Source of the DNA: the human T2T-CHM13v2.0 reference genome, Homo sapiens
Strand: one strand, 5' to 3'
Assembly: GCF_009914755.1 (NCBI RefSeq)
Contig: NC_060931.1
Length of the DNA stretch: 64,000 nucleotides
A program made the position numbers and the translations under genes. The notes under the pieces were generated by a model that did no database searches, was not told the origin of the DNA, and saw nothing but the letters and a program-made list of their open reading frames with translations. Below are positions 59,549 through 64,000 of the stretch, in pieces (the stretch's first letter is position 1; every line of letters begins with the position of its first letter).

Positions 59549-61317
59549 CTGAGGAAACACGGGAGGCAGCGGGTCAGGATGCGGCCAAGGATAGGTGGGA
59601 CGTGGCTGAGGGCAGGTGGACAGGGCTGGGCCTGTGTCAGGACCAGCCCAGGCTCTGAAGCTGATCTCTGCCTCGGCTGCTTCCACGGGGCTTAAAGGCC
59701 AGGGGCTCAGGGGACATGCCCTCTGGCGGCTGCAGGGCCCCAGCTCTGTGGACCTCATGCGGCAGTGACCGGAGAAGACACCCAGTTCTGTGCTGGTCCC
59801 TGGGAGGGCGCCCCTCACCAGGGTGCATTCTCACGGCAGCCAGCACAGGCTGGCACGGAGTCCGAGGCCGGCCCTGCCACCCTAGTGCTGTGGCCACCCT
59901 GCATCCCCAACACATGAGGGCTCCACTTCTCCCAGCAAGATGAGCCTGGCAGAGAGACTGGTATGCTCAGCTGACTCTTTAACAAGAGAGGAAAATGGGC
60001 TTTTTGAAATTCCAAGACGTAAAACACAATGGGACTGGCTGGTTCCAATGAAGCAGCAGCCGGTGTCATCCAAAATACAGGGTGAGGCGTTCCCAGGAGC
60101 TCTGCAGATCCGCACAGGGCTCCAGGAACCTTGGCCTGGCCCCAGGCAGAGCATTCCTGTCGCCCACATTCCCTCAGGGCACCTGCCCCTCTGGGACTGG
60201 ACGTCCAGTCAGGCCCCGGCCTCACCTCTCAGGTGGCCTTAGAGGGCAGAGGTGGCCCCAGACTCTCCCACCCTGCTCCAGGGCTGCTGCCCTTCAAAAG
60301 ACCATCCCCCAGGTCCCCAGGAGGCCTGCTCTGCTCCTCAGAGGAAACATCTTACAAGGTCCCTGGGGGACCGCCCCCTGGTCTGGACACTGCCTGGACA
60401 CTGCTTGGAGGCCCTAGACCAGAACTACAGGTCTTTAGGTGCAGGCTCAGAGTTCACCACAGCCCAGAAGGTTGTTTAGGAGTCCTGCAGAGAGCATGAC
60501 CCACCCCAGACACACACGGGTCCCAGGGGCACCCATCCCCAGCTGCCAGATGGGAAGAATGCCCAGGCCCTGGTGCCTAGCACCATGGGTGCCCCTTGGA
60601 CCCCCTGGTCCCTGCCATGGAGAAAGATGTCTTCTGATGATGGGCTGGGTGGTGGCACTGGCCAGAAGGAAGTGGGGGGTCCCCACAGAGGCACTCTGGG
60701 GGCTCTGTAAGGAGCCCAGGCCTAGGTGGGAGCTGGGCTGGAGGGCCGTGTTGGGTGTAGTGGCGCTGTTTTGGAAGTCCTGGAAATGGCTTGGCTGCTG
60801 GCCCCATCCCTCCCACCACCCCAGAGAGCCAGCCCCTTCCCTGGCCCCAGAGTGATGATGCCAATGTGATGGGAGCTGATGGCCAGAGCAGAGAGGGGAG
60901 CAGAGGAGGGAGGGTCTGCTCAGCAGGAAGCACTGGGGGCCACGTGAGGGAGGTGGGGTGGAGGACAGCCAGGAGGGCCAAGGATGCAGCTCCTGAGATG
61001 CAGGCCCTGCTCCAGACCTCAGGAAGCCCTACTGCCTGCCGTAGGTGGGACACGCAGAGCCCTGGTCTGAGAGTGTCGGCCACATGGGGACCGGGCGCAA
61101 CTGTGCCAAGCACCTCCAGGGGCGCGCCTGGGGCCTGAGCCAGTCTGTCCTGTTGTTGCCCACGAAGACGGACTGGGGCCCTACCGTACTGCGGGGAGGG
61201 GCGGCCAGGGCCATGGGACATCTGCCCTCCACTCTGGCACAAATGCTGCCCCAGACCTCTCTCCTGGCCTGGAGCCTCCTGCCTGGGGAAAGCGGGAGGA
61301 GGAAAGTGGGGCAGTAC

Positions 61318-61362
61318 CTTAATCCCGTCCACTGGGTTATGGATGACGGTGGTTTGAGGCTC
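61318..61362 (-). CDS. CAMK2B: CAMK2B variable linker exon EPQTTVIHNPVDGIK
   Basis: 45-nt in-frame cassette; AG/GT. Confidence 0.94.
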
Positions 61363-62885
61363 CTACAGAAGAAGGAAGACACAGAGGAAGGAAAGAGAGG
61401 GAAAGTGAGAAGAGGAGGAAGCGGAGACCACCAGGAGGGGAACAGGGAGACAGAGGAGGTGTGGGTGGCCAGAGCCTGCGAGAAAGAAGTGCAGAGCAGA
61501 GTGGGGGACAGGGATGGAGGCGGCGTGGAGCAGCTGGGGGAGGAGCCTGGGTCAGCCGGCAGGGATGGAATGGACAGGAGCTCTGTCCAGGCTGGCGGAG
61601 GTGCTGCTGTCCAGGGTGGGAGATGGACCGTGTGGGGCCCCGACAAGCTGCACAATGTGTGTGGGAGCCAGAGAAGCCAGGCTCGGTCTTGAGGGGTTCT
61701 CCCTACCCTTTACTGCCTGAACCTGTGCCCCAGCGTGGTGGGGGGCACAGGTTTGAAGATGTCATGGGGGTGGCGGTGGCACATGGGATGGACAGGGTCC
61801 GAGATGGGGCTGGCTGTGAGGCTGGCACGTGGGCTGCCCTGGCCACTGGAAGGCCCTAGGTAGGCTGCACCAGGCCACCCTCCAGCCACGGCCTGGCTGC
61901 TCTGAGCAGCTCGCCCCTCCCAGGACCGCTCTCCTCTCCTGGGTCTCAAGGTGGCCATTTGGCAAACCCAGTATTCCCGTGGGCGGTCTGGGGCTGGCTC
62001 CCGAAGCCTGGCCTGGGGTTCTCAGGGGACACCAAGCCTGCTTCCAGCAAATATGGGGACCTACGGGCCAGCAAGCCCCAAAGCTCTTAGGACAGCTGAG
62101 GGGACACAGCACAGCGCCCCAGCAGGAAGGCCGGCACCCACCAGCCACAACTTTACATCCTTGGGAGTACTGCTATAGGGTTCACCTGTAGGAGCCCCCA
62201 GGGCAAGGGGCACTGAGGGGCGCAGTTGGAGCGGAGCATGGTGGGGACCCCTCCCCTCCCCGGCAGGGAGCCCCTAAGCCCTGCCTCTCAGGCAGCCACA
62301 GAGCAGCACTGAGGGAACACAGAGGTGACGGCAAGCCCTCCCCTTGGCTGCCACTGGCTTAGACACCTCTCTACTGCACCACCGTGGCCCCGTCTCCCCA
62401 TGGGCCGTGGAATGTGCCACTATGGGCTGTTCCCCCTGCAGATCCTGGCCCAGCCCCACCAAGCCAGACCTTCGGAGTGGTCTGTGGGTCGGCCTGTTGA
62501 GGATGGTGGAGGAGCTGAGGGTGGGGTCCTGGTGGGGAGAGGGTATCTTCTGCCTCACTGACTTCCTGAACACTCCTGGAGAGACATCCACAAGTCAACA
62601 TGGGTGGGAGGCTGGGCCTCTCCCCTGCACCCCAACATCTGTGGGTCTCAGCCAGGGGCTCCCCAGAGCAGTCCTAAACCTGTCTGAATTGGAGCCCCCC
62701 ACAACAGTGGCCTCTTCTCTCCACTTCACCACCGGTGAGGGATGAGGGGCGGGGGCCATGCGAGTGCTGTCAGACAGGCCAGGCGGGGCCAGACCCCACC
62801 TTCACCCGGCCCCCTCTGACCAGCGGCAATCACACAGCCAGGGGCGTAGGAGGGGCTGAGAGGCAGAATTTGAGGAGCTCAGTAC

Positions 62886-62957
62886 CAGGGCGGCAGGAGG
62901 AAGCGTCCCTTTGGGGCTGGTGGCGGCTGCACTGTTTTTGGTGCTATTCGTCTGGGG
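62886..62957 (-). CDS. CAMK2B: CAMK2B variable linker exon PQTNSTKNSAAATSPKGTLPPAAL
   Basis: 72-nt in-frame cassette; AG/GT. Confidence 0.94.
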
Positions 62958-63134
62958 CTGTGGAGAGAGGGAAGAGGAACTCTTAGGTGGGAGAAGCCCC
63001 TCACTCGCCATTCCCTGTCCCGTGTCTCTCAGGGCATGGGGGGAGGGGGACTCCAGAGCAGGAGCCCCAGGGCGTGGGGGTGAAGCTGCAGGCTCTGGGC
63101 TCCCCGGCACCACAGGGCCCGGCTGGAGCCTCAC

Positions 63135-63175
63135 CTTGACTCCATCTGCTTTCTTGTTGAGTAAACTCTTGGCTG
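63135..63175 (-). CDS. CAMK2B: CAMK2B linker exon (A)AKSLLNKKADGVK; alternative start at 63172
   Basis: Tandem CAGCAG acceptor; donor GTGAGG. Confidence 0.93.
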
Positions 63176-64000
63176 CTGCATGGGGAGGAAGAAGGTATGG
63201 TGAGTGATGGGCCTGGGTCTCGCTGCAGCGCAACCCCACCCCTTTGCCTGACCCCACTCTTTCCCCAGGAGCAAGCCCAGGGTCCTGAGGCAAGTGTGGT
63301 TCCAGCACCCAGGCTGGCTCTGAGCAGGTGGGGGGGCCATCCCATCACCCCAGGACAGCCCTGTCTCCAGCCTCCTCCATGACCCTGGGGCTCCTGCAAG
63401 CATCCAGATTTCTCCTCTGACCAGACCCAGAGATGCCCGTGGGTGCTGGGGAGCCCCCTTGGCTTCTGGGCCACATGCAAGCTCTTCCTAGAGGAAGGCA
63501 GGATGCTGCTTCCTCCCTGATGGGAACTCAGGACTAGCTGTGTCAGGTTGGGGTGGGGGCAGCTGAGCCAGCACCCCAGAGGTCATGCCCTCCCGGGCCC
63601 TGCCTTCCTGGGGTAGGGGTGGGTGGGCTGCAGCTGGCCGCCCACTCAGAGGGCCTTGTCCCAGCCCAGGCGCTCACCCTGCTCTCAGACCTCATACCTT
63701 GGCACCCAGGCCTCAGAGGTCTGTCCCATTGGCTCCTTGGCTCAGGCACCAAGGGCAGCCCTGCTCGCCCTCATTCCGAGCTGCCCAGCAGCCCTGGCCT
63801 TGGGGCCGCTTCTGTGCACTGACTGGGGCCAGCACAGGCCTTTCTGCCCACAAGCCCCTGAGGATACTTGGTCCCAGCAGCGGGGCCCCTGCCTCACCCA
63901 GCATTCCCCCTCAGAGGTCAGAGGGGCCTGGCCCCAGCCCCCGGTGCCCACACCCTCCATGGCTGTTAGGATTTTAATTACAGAACTAAAAAATAAAAAT

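Overview
Human genomic DNA, recognisable as the 7p13 GCK-YKT6-CAMK2B locus. Bases 1-~18.0 kb hold intron 1, the beta-cell/neuroendocrine first exon (1a) and the upstream promoter of glucokinase (GCK, minus strand). The interval ~18.5-29.4 kb is repeat-rich and ends in a 5'-inverted L1PA inserted just upstream of the YKT6 CpG-island promoter. All 7 coding exons of YKT6 (plus strand, 198 aa, C-terminal CCAIM) lie at 29.7-40.9 kb, with a 3'UTR to ~42.9 kb. The 3' half of CAMK2B (minus strand) runs from 45.7 kb to the window end and includes the variable-linker exons, the three triplicated proline-rich betaM exons and the hub-domain exons. Nearly all long ORFs in the supplied track are artefacts of Alu, L1 or simple repeats. 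I found no new protein-coding system. The best non-obvious leads are non-coding: four short local duplications at 1.2-1.8 kb range (one brackets GCK exon 1a plus its promoter; one is a 99%-identical inverted copy inside an ancient ERVL), two perfect CLEAR palindromes in YKT6 introns, five uORFs in the GCK beta-cell leader, an FXN-like intronic (GAA)22, a possible YKT6-promoter/LTR-derived upstream GCK exon, and an ILPR-like G-rich VNTR between the CAMK2B betaM exons. Repeat family names are assigned by eye and need RepeatMasker confirmation.
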